Shown here piece by piece: positions 35,885 through 48,199 of a DNA stretch of 64,000 nt. Source of the DNA: Ranitomeya imitator (taxonomy: Eukaryota); contig NC_091288.1 in NCBI RefSeq assembly GCF_032444005.1, forward strand, positions 214,706,001 through 214,770,000, written 5' to 3'. Positions within the stretch are counted from its first letter, which is position 1; each line of letters begins with the position of its first letter. A program made the position numbers and the translations under genes. Below the pieces are notes generated by a model. That model had not been told where the DNA came from. It saw nothing but the letters and a program-made list of their open reading frames with translations, and ran no database searches.

Positions 35885-36850
35885 GAAGGAAGGAGGTGGG
35901 GGGAAGAAAGGGGAATGATAGAGGAGAGGAAGACGGAGGGGAGCGGGAGAAGAAGACGGAAGGGAACGGGAGACGGAAGGGAGAGGGAGAGGAGGACGGA
36001 AGGGAGCGGGAGACGGAAGGGAGAGGGAGAGGAAGATGGAAGGGAGCGGGAGAGGAGGACAGAAGGGAGCGGGAGAAGAAGAAGGAAGGGAGCGGGAGAC
36101 GGAAGGGAGCGGGAGAGGAAGACAGAAGAAAGCGGGAGAGGAAGACGGAAGGGAGCAGGAGAAGAATACGGAAGGGAGAGGAAGACGGAAGAAAGCGGGA
36201 GAGGAAGACGGAAGGGAGCGGGATAGGAAGACGGAAGGGATAGGAAGATGGAAGGGAGAGGGAGTCGGAAGGGAGAGGGAGAGGAAGACAGAAGAAAGCG
36301 GGAGAGGAAGACGGAAGGGAGCGGGAGAGGAAGACGGAAGGGAGCGGGAGAGGAGGACGGAAGGGAGAGGGAGTCGGAAGGGAGAGGGAGTCGGAAGGGA
36401 GAGGGAGTCGGAAGGGAGAGGGAGACGGAAGGGAGAGGGAGACGGAAGGGAGAGGGAGACGGAAGGGAGAGGGAGACGGAAGGGAGAGGGAGACGGAAGG
36501 GAGAGGGAGACGGAAGGGAGAGGGAGACGGAAGGGAGAGGGAGACGGAAGGGAGAGGGAGACGGAAGGGAGAGGGAGACGGAAGGGAGAGGGAGACGGAA
36601 GGGAGAGGGAGACGGAAGGGAGAGGGAGACGGAAGGGAGAGGGAGACGGAAGGGAGAGGGAGACGAAAGGGAGCGGGAGAGAAAGATGGAAGGGAGAGGG
36701 AGAGGAAGGGAGTGGGAAAGGAAGACGGAAGGGAGCGGGAGAGGAAGATGGAAGGGAGAGGAAGACGGAAGGGAGAGGAAGACGGAAGAGAGCGGGAGAG
36801 GAGGATGGAAGGGAGCGAGAGAGGAAGATGGAAGAATAAGCGAAAGAGTG
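35885..36850. repeat. Purine-rich GA repeat with a 17-bp core unit
   Basis: GGGAGAGGGAGACGGAA near-perfect at about 36400-36665, degenerate on both flanks. Confidence 0.92.
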
Positions 36851-37496
36851 AGCAGTGAGTGAGAGGGAAAGTGAGAGTGAGAAAAAAAAAGCAAGAGAGA
36901 TTATTGAGATAGAAAGCAAGCAAAAAAAAGCAAGCCAGGAAGAAAGAGAAAAATGGTGTGAAAAGATAGAAGCGGGTGAAGGTGAGTGTGAGAAAGGGAG
37001 ACAAATCAATGGAAACAGAGGCATGAAGAGAAGGCGCCGCTGCCTCAGTGCACAGGGACTCAGGTTCATACACTGCAGGCGCCGTGTGCCACTACAGGAT
37101 GCAGCAGGGAACAAAAAACATAAAATAGATGAATGCAAACAGAAAACATAAAGATATACTGGATGAAACCGCAATTTAAAGGGAATGTCTAGCTGAGGAC
37201 TCCGCTTTGGTTGGTGCTTCGAGCAACCACCAATCCACAGTGGTCGCCCAGAACTTCAGAAAAAAAGTCCACATCACTCACATGACTGGCAAACATGCCG
37301 GTGGGTAATACCTTTATGTCAGGATGGGGGCAGAACATCGGAGGCCTCTGTGCCTTTAAATACAAACTGGTATTTACAGGGGAAAGCCGATCTTCAGGTT
37401 AGACGAGGGGAGGCAGGACGTACCAATGCGGGATTCTTCTACATGGAGGGTGGGAAGAGATGGTGCAGAGGGCGCGTCGGGGCCTCAGCGTACAGA

Positions 37497-37665
37497 TCAG
37501 CTGTATTCACAGAGGTGGCCGCAGCCGGCCGGGCAGTGGGAGTTTACCCGCATCCAGTTCATAATGTGCTGAAGATGGCCGCCGTGCCCGCAGCCCTGGC
37601 ACCAGACAAAGAGGCCTTTCACCACGTGGTGGCACACAGCGCACATACTGGCACACTGCCGGCAT
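37497..37665 (-). CDS. WDR24: WDR24 exon 9 (C-terminal RING-like zinc finger, stop)
   Basis: [49 protein letters not shown]. Confidence 0.97.
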
Positions 37666-37755
37666 CTGGGGAGGAAGACCAAGAAGCAAGTCTGCACCAT
37701 TGTAGTGATGGCAGTATGGCGCCCCCCGCCTGCAGCACGCAGAATTACCACTCAC

Positions 37756-37940
37756 CGGTCGCAGATCCAGCCCTTGTTGCTCATGGGTCGCTTGCAGTTG
37801 CTGCAGTTGATGTGGAGGGTGGTGGACGCCTGGTTCAGGCAGTTGATGGCGCTGCACGTGCTCAGTTTGATCACTTGGTTGGAGACGTTCCACAGCTTGA
37901 AGCGCTGGAGCAGGTCGATGTAGGAGGTGAACCAGTGCTC
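37756..37940 (-). CDS. WDR24: WDR24 exon 8
   Basis: [33 protein letters not shown]; AG/GT boundaries in phase. Confidence 0.97.
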
Positions 37941-38044
37941 CTGCGGGAAAGACCGGGCAAAGACTAAGAGGCGGCTACCCAACGCCCACCCAATACTCAA
38001 CACAAGGGGCAGCGTGGGGAATCAGGCAAGGTAGGGCTTATAAA

Positions 38045-40640
38045 TATATATCGAGGCACAGAGGGACATTATTACTATACGGAGGCACAGAGGGGGCATT
38101 ATTACTATACGGAGGCACAGAGGGGCATTATTACTATACGGAGGCACAGAGGGGGCATTATTACTATACGGAGGCACAAAAGGGGCATTATTACTATACG
38201 GAGGCACAGAGGGGGCATTATTACTATATGGAGGCACAGAGGGGGCATTATTACTATATGGAGGCACAGAGGGGGCATTATTACTATATGGAGGCACAGA
38301 GGGGGCATTATTACTATATGGAGGCACAGAGGGGGCATTATTACTATATGGAGGCACAGAGGGGGCATTATTACTATACGGAGGCACAGAGGGGCATTAT
38401 TACTATACGGAGGCACAGAGGGGGCATTATTACTATACGGAGGCACAAAAGGGGCATTATTACTATACGGAGGCACAGAGGGGCATTATTACTATATGGA
38501 GGCACAGAGGGGGCATTATTACTATATGGAGGCACAGAGGGGGCATTATTACTATATGGAGGCACAGAGGGGGCATTATTACTATACGGAGGCACAGAGG
38601 GGGCATTATTACTATACGGAGGCACAGAGGGGGCATTATTACTATACGGAGGCACAGAGGGGGCATTATTACTATACGGAGGCACAGAGGGGGCATTATT
38701 ACTATATGGAGGCACAGAGGGGGCATTATTACTATACGGAGGCACAGAGGGGACATTATTACTAGACGGAGGCACAGAGGGGGCATTATTACTATACGGA
38801 GGCACAGAGGGGACATTATTACTAGACGGAGGCACAGAGGGGGCATTATTACTATACGGAGGCACAGAGGGGGCATTATTACTATACGGAGGCACAGAGG
38901 GGGCATTATTACTATACGGAGGCACAGAGGGGGCATTATTACTATACAGAGGCACAGAGGGGGCATTATTACTATACGGAGGCACAGAGGGGGCATTATT
39001 ACATATGGAGGCACAGAGGGGCATTATTACTATACGGAGGCACAGAGGAGACATTATTACTATATGCAGGCACAGAGGGGGCATTATTACTATATGGAGG
39101 CACAGAGGGGCATTATTACTATACGGAGGCACAGAGGAGACATTATTACTATATGCAGGCACAGAGGGGGCATTATTACTATATGGAGGCACAGAGGGGG
39201 CATTATTACTATATTGAGGCACAGAGGGGCCACTATTACTATATGGAGGCACAGAGGGGGCATTATTACTATATGGAGGCACAGAGGAGACAGGCGGCCA
39301 GGACCAATCAGAGACGCGGGATTTCTACGTCGATGCTGTGCCGGTCTCTGATTGGTCGAGGCCTGGCGGCCTCGACCAATCAGAGACGCGGGATTTCCAG
39401 GACAGACAGACAGACAGAAAGACAGACAGATGGAAAAACCCTTAGACAATTATATATATAGTTGGAGGCACAGAGGGAGCATTATTACTATACGGAGGCA
39501 CAGAGGGGGCATTATTACTATACGGAGGCACAGAGGGGGCATTATTACTATACGGAGGCACAGAGGGGGCATTATTACTATACGGAGGAACAGAGGGGGC
39601 ATTATTACTATACGGAGGAACAGAGGGGGCATTATTACTATATGGAGGCACAGAGGGGCCATTATTACTATATGGAGGCACAGAGGGGGCATTATTACTA
39701 TATGGAGGCACAGAGGGGGCATTATTACTATATGGAGGCACAGAGGAGACATTATTACTATATGCAGGCACAGAGGGGGCATTATTACTATATGGAGGCA
39801 CAGAGGGGGCATTATTACTATATTGAGGCACAGAGGGGCCACTATTACTATATGGAGGCACAGAGGGGGCATTATTACTATATGGAGGCACAGAGGAGAC
39901 AGGCGGCCAGGACCAATCAGAGACGCGGGATTTCTACGTCGATGCTGTGCCGGTCTCTGATTGGTCGAGGCCTGGCGGCCTCGACCAATCAGAGACGCGG
40001 GATTTCCAGGACAGACAGACAGACAGAAAGACAGACAGATGGAAAAACCCTTAGACAATTATATATATAGTTGGAGGCACAGAGGGAGCATTATTACTAT
40101 ACGGAGGCACAGAGGGGGCATTATTACTATACGGAGGCACAGAGGGGGCATTATTACTATACGGAGGCACAGAGGGGGCATTATTACTATACGGAGGCAC
40201 AGAGGGGGCATTATTACTATACGGAGGAACAGAGGGGGCATTATTACTATATGGAGGCACAGAGGGGGCATTATTACTATATGGAGGCACAGAGGGGGCA
40301 TTATTACTATATGGAGGCACAGAGGGGGCATTATTACTATATGGAGGCACAGAGGGAGCATTATTACTATATGGAGGCACAGAGGGGGCATTATTACTAT
40401 ATGGAGGCACAGAGGGGGCATTATTACTATATGGAGGCACAGAGGGGGCATTATTACTATATGGAGGCACAGAGGGAGCATTATTACTATATGGAGGCAC
40501 AGAGGGGGCATTATTACTATATGGAGGCACAGAGGGGGCATTATTACTATATGGAGGCACAGAGGGCCTTTATTACTATACGGAGGCACTGAGGGGGAAT
40601 TATTACTATATGGAGGCACTGAGGGGGCATTATTACTATA
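38045..40640. repeat. 30-bp minisatellite in WDR24 intron 7
   Basis: Unit GGAGGCACAGAGGGGGCATTATTACTATAY; interrupted twice by the same 171-bp segment. Confidence 0.97.
39291..39461 (-). mobile_element. Helitron-like 5' terminal fragment (second copy at 39900-40070)
   Basis: Minus strand begins CTATATATATAATTGTCTAAGGG..(CTGT)n, resembling frog Helitron 5' ends; recognised by eye only. Confidence 0.45.
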
Positions 40641-41116
40641 TGGAGGCACTGAGGGGGCATCACTAATGTGTGCAGTATATGGTGTTTCTTTAGCAATGGG
40701 GACACATTATCCTGACTGTATGTGCCAAACTAACGACTATGGTGAGAGAGTTCAGTGGTGAGACCCCAGATATATGTGCACCCTACATACATACAGTTAG
40801 GTCCATATATATTTGGACAGAGATCCAAATCCCCTCAAATGAAAGCTGAAAGTCTGAACTTCAACTGCATCTGAATTGTTTTGTTTAAAATTCATTGTGG
40901 CAATGTCTATAACCAAAATTAGAAAAATGTTCTCTCTGTCCAAATATATATGGACCTAACTGTATATGGCCTGTGGAGCGTCTGTATACAGCTGCTATCT
41001 ACCACTAAATGGTTGCCTGATCAATCAGACGTGGGGTCTGCAGGTGAAACACTTGTTCTACTAGAAAATCCAGCAACTGCTCAGCACTGAATCATCGGCC
41101 ACGTCAGCAGACTCAC

Positions 41117-41454
41117 CTGCATCTGCTCGTCTACCTCCTTACGGATCCGATCTCCCAGCACAATGAGCACCGAGGCCGCCATCTGCACGTCTCCCTGCTC
41201 CGCGTAGTAGCACAGCAGGTCCCGCACGATAGGGTTGAAGAAGTCAGCGGGCAGCCTGTTCTCATACAAGGCATGGGAGATGGAGATGAGGCAGAAAGAC
41301 TCCACCGGGGTCAGGGACACGGTCTCAGCCTCATTGCCGCTCACATGGGGAGAGTCCGACTTATCCTGGAGGTGGTCCGGAGCCGAGGGGGTGTCTGTGA
41401 TCTCATGACGCAGAGGAAAACCCTCCTGGGGAAGGATGTACTCCTGATCCTCAG
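41117..41454 (-). CDS. WDR24: WDR24 exon 7
   Basis: [45 protein letters not shown]; phases fit. Confidence 0.97.
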
Positions 41455-41519
41455 CTGTAAGGAGAAAACCCACTATAAGTCCAAGAAAAAAAGCAGAATC
41501 CTACAGAACACACCAACTT

Positions 41520-44500
41520 CTGTATTATACCCCAGAGCTGCTCTCACTATTCTGCTGGTGCAGTCACTGTGTACATACATTACATTACTGATCCGGAGTT
41601 ACCTCCTGTATTATACCCCAGAGCTGCACTCACTATTCTGCTGGTGCTGTCACTGTGTACATACATTACATTACTGATCCTGAGTTACATCCTGTATTAT
41701 ACTCCAGAGCTGCACTCACTATTCTGCTGGTGCAGTCACTGTGTACATACATTACATTACTGATCCTGAGTTACATCCTGTATTATACTCCAGAGCTGCA
41801 CTCACTATTCTGCTGGTGCAGTCACTGTGTACATACATTACATTACTGATCCTGAGTTACCTCCTGTATTATACTCCAGAGCTGCACTCACTATTCTGCT
41901 GGTGCAGTCACTGTGTACATACATTACATTACTGATCCTGAGTTACATCCTGTATTATACTCCAGAGCTGCACTCACTATTCTGCTGGTGCAGTCACTGT
42001 GTACATACATTACATTACTGATCCTGAGTTACATCCTGTATTATACCCCAGAGCTGCACTCACTATTCTGCTGGTGCAGTCACTGTGTACATACATTACA
42101 TTACTGATCCTGAGTTACATCCTGTATTATACCCCAGAGCTGCACTCACTATTCTGCTGGTGCAGTCACTGTGTACATACATTACATTACTGATCCTGAG
42201 TTACATCCTGTATTATACCCCAGAGCTGCACTCACTATTCTGCTGGTGCAGTCACTGTGTACATACATTACATTACTGATCCTGAGTTACATCCTGTATT
42301 ATACTCCAGAGCTGCACTCACTATTCTGCTGGTGCAGTCACTGTGTACATACATTACATTACTGATCCTGAGTTACATCCTGTATTATACCCCAGAGCTG
42401 CTCTCACTATTCTGCTGGTGCAGTCACTGTGTACATACATTACATTACTGATCCGGAGTTACCTCCTGTATTATACTCCAGAGCTGCACTCACTATTCTG
42501 CTGGTGCAGTCACTGTGTACATACGTTACATTACTGATCCTGAGTTACATCCTGTATTATACTCCAGAGCTGCACTCACTATTCTGCTGGTGCAGTCACT
42601 GTGTACATACATTACATTACTGATCCCGAGTTACATCCTGTATTATACTCCAGAGCTGCACTCACTATTCTGCTGGTGCAGTCACTGTGTACATACATTA
42701 CATTACTGATCCTGAGTTACATCCTGTATTATACCCCAGAGCTGCACTCACTATTCTGCTGGTGCAGTCACTGTGTACATACATTACATTACTGATCCTG
42801 AGTTACATCCTGTATTATACCCCAGAGCTGCACTCACTATTCTGCTGGTGCAGTCACTGTGTACATACATTACATTACTGATCCTGAGTTACATCCTGTA
42901 TTATACTCCAGAGCTGCACTCACTATTCTGCTGGTGCAGTCACTGTGTACATACATTACATTACTGATCCTGAGTTACATCCTGTATTATACCCCAGAGC
43001 TGCTCTCACTATTCTGCTGGTGCAGTCACTGTGTACATACATTACATTACTGATCCGGAGTTACCTCCTGTATTATACTCCAGAGCTGCACTCACTATTC
43101 TGCTGGTGCAGTCACTGTGTACATACGTTACATTACTGATCCTGAGTTACATCCTGTATTATACTCCAGAGCTGCACTCACTATTCTGCTGGTGCAGTCA
43201 CTGTGTACATACATTACATTACTGATCCCGAGTTACATCCTGTATTATACTCCAGAGCTGCACTCACTATTCTGCTGGTGCAGTCACTGTGTACATACAT
43301 TACATTACTGATCCTGAGTTACATCCTGTATTATACTCCAGAGCTGCACTCACTATTCTGCTGGTGCAGTCACTGTGTACATACATTACTGATCCTGAGT
43401 TACCTCCTGTATTATACCCCAGAGCTGCTCTCACTATTCTGCTGGTGCAGTCACTGTGTACATACATTACATTACTAATCCTGAGTTACATCCTGTATTA
43501 TACTCCAGAGCTGCACTCACTATTCTGCTGGTGCAGTCACTGTGTACATACGTTACATTACTGATCCTGAGTTACATCCTGTATTATACTCCAGAGCTGC
43601 ACTCACTATTCTGCTGGTGCAGTCACTGTGTACATACATTACATTACTGATCCTGAGATACATCCTGTATTATACCCCAGAGCTGCACTCACTATTCTGC
43701 TGGTGCAGTCACTGTGTACATACGTTACATTACTGATCCTGAGTTACATCCTGTATTATACTCCAGAGCTGCTCTCACTATTCTGCTGGTGCAGTCACTG
43801 TGTACATACGTTACATTACTGATCCTGAGTTACCTCCTGTATTATACCCCAGAGCTGCTCTCACTATTCTGCTGGTGCAGTCACTGTGTACATACATTAC
43901 ATTACTGATCCTGAGTTACATCCTGTATTATACCCCAGAGCTGCACTCACTATTCTGCTGGTGCAGTCACTGTGTACATACATTACATTACTGATCCTGA
44001 GTTACCTCCTGTATTATACCCCAGAGCTGCACTCACTATTCTGCTGGTGCAGTCACTGTGTACATACATTACTGATCCTGAGTTACATCCTGTATTATAC
44101 TCCAGAGCTGCACTCACTATTCTGCTGGTGCAGTTACTGTGTACATACATTACATTACTGATCCTGAGTTACATCCTGTATTATACCCCAGAGCTGCACT
44201 CACTATTCTGCTGGTGCAGTCACTGTGTACATACATTACATTACTGATCCTGAGTTACATCCTGTATTATACCCCAGAGCTGCACTCACTATTCTGCTGG
44301 TGCAGTCACTGTGTACATACATTACATTACTGATCCTGAGTTACATCCTGTATTATACTCCAGAGCTGCTCTCACTATTCTGCTGGTGCAGTCACTGTGT
44401 ACATACATTACATTACTGATCCTGAGTTACATCCTGTATTATACTCCAGAGCTGCACTCACTATTCTGCTGGTGTAGTCACGGTGTACATACATTACATT

Positions 44501-44555
44501 ACTGATCCTGAGTTACATCCTGTATTATACTCCAGAGCTGCACTCACTATTCTGC
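41520..44555. repeat. 86-bp minisatellite (about 35 copies) filling WDR24 intron 6
   Basis: Unit GTACATACATTACATTACTGATCCTGAGTTACATCCTGTATTATACTCCAGAGCTGCACTCACTATTCTGCTGGTGCAGTCACTGT; ORF track repeats every 86 bp. Confidence 0.98.
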
Positions 44556-44646
44556 TTGCTGACTGTTTCCAGCAGTATTATGAGTGCTGAGATACGTAGC
44601 AGCAGCGTCTGTCATGCAGGTTGCACGGTGTGGCGGTATTACTCAC

Positions 44647-44751
44647 GGTGCGGATGCTCGGAGTCCATCAGATACAGCTCGTCCTCATCGACCTCCACGT
44701 CCCCCAGGAGGTAGTCGGCAGGAACGTCGCTGCCCTCCGTCTCCTCGTTCT
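44647..44751 (-). CDS. WDR24: WDR24 exon 6
   Basis: [35 protein letters not shown]. Confidence 0.95.
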
Positions 44752-44827
44752 CTGCACAGTGAATAGAAGCAATGAAACGTGTTGTACAGACGATGCTCAG
44801 CCACGAGCGCGGCCCCTGCGTCCTCAC

Positions 44828-44943
44828 CATCGTTATTAATGGTGGCGGCGTCCAGCAGAGTGCTGTCGGCCCGGCTGTCCCCCTTGCTGAGCTCCAGCCG
44901 TGGGTCACTGCCCATCCCGGGTGTCAGATCCTTCATGTTATAG
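44828..44943 (-). CDS. WDR24: WDR24 exon 5
   Basis: [38 protein letters not shown]; donor G|GTGAGG. Confidence 0.92.
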
Positions 44944-45014
44944 CTGCACAGAGACGGGCAGAGTTACAGGTGGTCTGAGGAGGCACAGAGGACACGAGGG
45001 TGCGGGGGTCTCAC

Positions 45015-45130
45015 CTGTTCAGGAGGGGCAGGGAGCTGCCGCTTTTGCCCAGGCTGTGGTTGAGATTGGCGGGGGGGACCGTGCCGGCGCTGCAGTAGAT
45101 GATCCCCAGCATCGCCCACGTCTGCGCCAC
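45015..45130 (-). CDS. WDR24: WDR24 exon 4
   Basis: [38 protein letters not shown]. Confidence 0.93.
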
Positions 45131-45729
45131 CTGGAGGGAAGACCCCAGAAATCTGGTGAAGGAGGTCGGTCCCGAAACAGCTCAGACACCGCAATGCAGT
45201 TCCGCAGCAGCAGCCTCTGACCTAAGGTACTAGAGCCGATGGGGAACTACATCTCCCAGCATGCCCAGATAAAAAGTTGTTGTTTTTACAAGGGGGTCAA
45301 AAGGTGGGGGGGGGGGGGGGGGGGGAGTCCCCAAAAAACATTGAACCCATTCCCTTGCGTGAAAATTACCGCAAGTTTGTAAAAGTGTCTTAAAAAAAAA
45401 AAAAAGAATTTCCCAATTTTTTTTTTTAATTTTTTCCTATGGTGTTGATTAAATCGGGGGTTAATTCATATTTTATTTTGACAGATTTTGACTTTTATGG
45501 ATGCGGCAACACCGAAAAGACATTTTTTAAAATTATTTAATTATTTTAATTTTATTTTTTCATTATTCTTTTATTTTTTTTTTCCTATGGTGTTGATTGA
45601 ATCGGGGTGAAGTGGCAACACCGAAAATGGACATTTTTTTAATTCTTTAATTTTAATTTTTTTTTTTTAAGTCCCCATAGGGGACTGGTTTTGCCGTGTG
45701 CGGCGGCCATGCCCGCTCCCGGTTCTCAC

Positions 45730-46402
45730 CTGCCATCTGTTCAGCTCTCGGGCCACTTTGGCGTTGTGGTCACACAGTTCGGCCAGAGGTTTCCCGGCCA
45801 GGACGTACTTCTCGGCTGTGGCCACGAAGCAGTCCATGTCCGCTCCGCCCGCCTCGAACACCATCAGGCCGCTGGAGATGTTCTCGAACTGCTCCATGGG
45901 GTCCTGCTTCCTCAGGAAGAAGATGGGATGTCGCCGGTCGTAGGGTTTCCTATTGGAGTCCTGTGAGGAGGTGGAGGAGGAGATCAGACTTTCCTTGGCG
46001 GCAAACGCCAGGTCGCCAAACAGCCCGTAGCAGAGGCCTTCCGGGTTGGCGCGGTCTATGGGCCGCCGGGCGTCTCTGAAGATGTGCTGGTACAGGGTGC
46101 TGTCCTTAGATCCCGAGAGCATGAAGTACGGGTCGTGCAAGTGGCGCCAAACGATGCCAGTCGTCACGTCCTTGTGCTCTTCGAAAGTGGCGAAAGGTAT
46201 GAACGGCCGGCGCACGTCCCACACGTAGATGTTGTGGTCCACCATCATGGAACATGTCCCTATGTGGTACTTCCTCTCCGGGCGCCACTTCACCCGGGCG
46301 ACTGAGGCGATGGTCTGCACGCAGTAGATTTCTTTGGCCCGGTTGGTGTTCATGTCCCACACTTTTACCATCTTGTCCCGACCGCCGGTGGCCAGCCATC
46401 CT
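45730..46402 (-). CDS. WDR24: WDR24 exon 3 (WD40 repeats)
   Basis: [39 protein letters not shown]; 673 bp. Confidence 0.98.
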
Positions 46403-46510
46403 CTACGGGGAACAGATCCAAGAGTGAGAAAGGTGGGAGATACTAAACCCCCCCATCGCCGTGACCCCGAATAAGGTAGCAGAGGTAAGTGACATTTTCG
46501 TGCTCTAGTT

Positions 46511-46672
46511 CAGGGGTCCCCAACTCCAGTCCTCAAGGCCCACCAACAGGTCATGTTTTCAGGATTTCCTTTGCATTGCACAGGTGATGCAATTATTACC
46601 TGGGCAAGACTAAGGAAATCCTGAAAACATGACATGTTGGTGGGCCTTGAGGACTGGAGTTGGGGACCCCTG
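46511..46672. mobile_element. Palindromic hAT-like MITE in WDR24 intron 2
   Basis: CAGGGGTCCCCAACTCCAGTCCTCAAGGCCCACCAACA...TGTTGGTGGGCCTTGAGGACTGGAGTTGGGGACCCCTG, TCTAG-containing flanks. Confidence 0.88.
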
Positions 46673-46906
46673 CGTCTAGTTGACCTCGAAAAGTCAGTGT
46701 AATGTGAGGAGGAGGAGGAGGGGGATGCAGCTGCAGTCTGGACGCATTGGGAAAGCTGTGATTTGCCCCTCAGAAGACAATGTGACAGTAAAGATCAGGG
46801 TATACGGAGGTAATATACAGGGGGCACTACTATTTCCCATTTGTGGGAGCTGCGGCCTAACCTGACGAAGGGCTCAAACAGGACCGTGATTTTCGGCCGT
46901 ACATAC

Positions 46907-47084
46907 CGATCCTCCGGGTGCCAGTCGCAGCAGAAGACCGGGCCGTTGTGGGCGGTGAACATACGCTCAAACCGGTCCGGCCTCCGGATGTCCCAAAGTT
47001 GGACGTTTCCGTTCTCAAACGTGGCGGCGAAGGTGAAGTAGTCGCGGATGCTGAACTGGACGTCTCTCACGCTCTCCGACTGAC
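46907..47084 (-). CDS. WDR24: WDR24 exon 2
   Basis: [46 protein letters not shown]; 178 bp. Confidence 0.98.
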
Positions 47085-47393
47085 CTGGGAAGAGGAGGAC
47101 ATGGGGCGTGAACGAGACGTACAACCATACCCGTACCCTCCGCGGTCTGGTAACCTGGGGGAGACATAGGGCTACCTCTGTAGGAGTAGTCCACCATCAT
47201 GGAGAATGTCTGCAGAACTGAGGGCTTGTCCAATGATAACTAATGAAGAGAGAGAGATGCAAACTACAGGGAGGCCCCACAGCCCCGCTGACGTCCGCTT
47301 GACCCCGGACAGTTTGCATCGTCCTCAATCCACTTGTCAGGTCATTGATCGGCACTGGCTGCGCTACGCCGCGCGCGTCGAGACCCAAATCAC

Positions 47394-47865
47394 CTGAGAA
47401 GGTGCTGACCGAGTCCTTCTTGCGGAGGTCGAAGCACTTCATGAATCCGTCCTGGGAGCCGCTGAGCAGCATGTAGACCTCGGTGGGGTGGAAGCAGACC
47501 TTGTTCACCGTCCTCTTGTGCTCCGTGAAGAGCTGGTCCTGCTTATTCCGGGAGGGTTTGCCCAGGTTCCAGGTCACCACCACCCCATTGGTGGCGGCCG
47601 TGGCCAGCAGGTTCTCATCCATCTGGTGCCACACCACATCGGCGCAGCTGAAATTCAGCGACGGCTTCCGGCCCACCCTCAGGTTCAACTTCTCCGCGAA
47701 GTGGTCGTCCTCCAAGGAGTAGATCTTAAAGATGTTACGTCCGGCCACCACCACCTGGGTGGCGTCGCGGCAGACGCTTATGGCATTGGCAGGGGCATCG
47801 AGGTGGCAGAACATGGTGCGACCTGTCAGGGTGTTACCGCCTAGGGCCGTGGTCACCCGCGCCAT
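47394..47865 (-). CDS. WDR24: WDR24 first coding exon
   Basis: [43 protein letters not shown]; the nine exons total 2352 nt = 783 aa + stop. Confidence 0.96.
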
Positions 47866-48199
47866 CTTCTCTATGGCAGGTCCACGGCCGCTGGCCCCCT
47901 TCCACACGCCGCTGAGGGTCTCCACAAGAGCGGTTCTACAGACCAACGCAGAGAAAGAGCATGCTCCTCCGGGAACACGAGGGAAGGCGCAGGGCGGACG
48001 GGGTCCGCCAGGAAAAGGGTCCGGTGTGGTGATATACAGCCAAAAAATCTGCAAAACACGAGAGCAAAGGATTCTGGGATCAGAAGGGGGTGAGGGGAAT
48101 ATGGAGACAACAAACGGGGTCCCCTAACAAGAAGCCCCCAGAGAATAAAACCTCGGGGGTGGGCCAGACACCCGGCTACCTAATAACAAAATGTGGAGA

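Noticed and set aside
35775-37174. Pro/Ser/Leu-rich and Arg/Glu/Gly-rich ORFs
   Set aside because: Low-complexity GA tract lacking stops in several frames; no domain.
38022-44505. Dozens of repeated ORFs, and a CRISPR-like look of regular repeats
   Set aside because: Pure 30-bp and 86-bp tandem units without unique spacers; no cas genes; eukaryotic intron.
45150-45185. CTGGTGAAGGAGGTCGGTCCCGAAACAGCTC, hammerhead-like
   Set aside because: Core mismatch, 3-bp stem II, no stem I; lies just upstream of the WDR24 exon 4 acceptor; probably chance.
45300-45670. Poly-G run and short local duplication in WDR24 intron 3
   Set aside because: The homopolymer may be a sequencing artefact; the duplication is short and uninformative.
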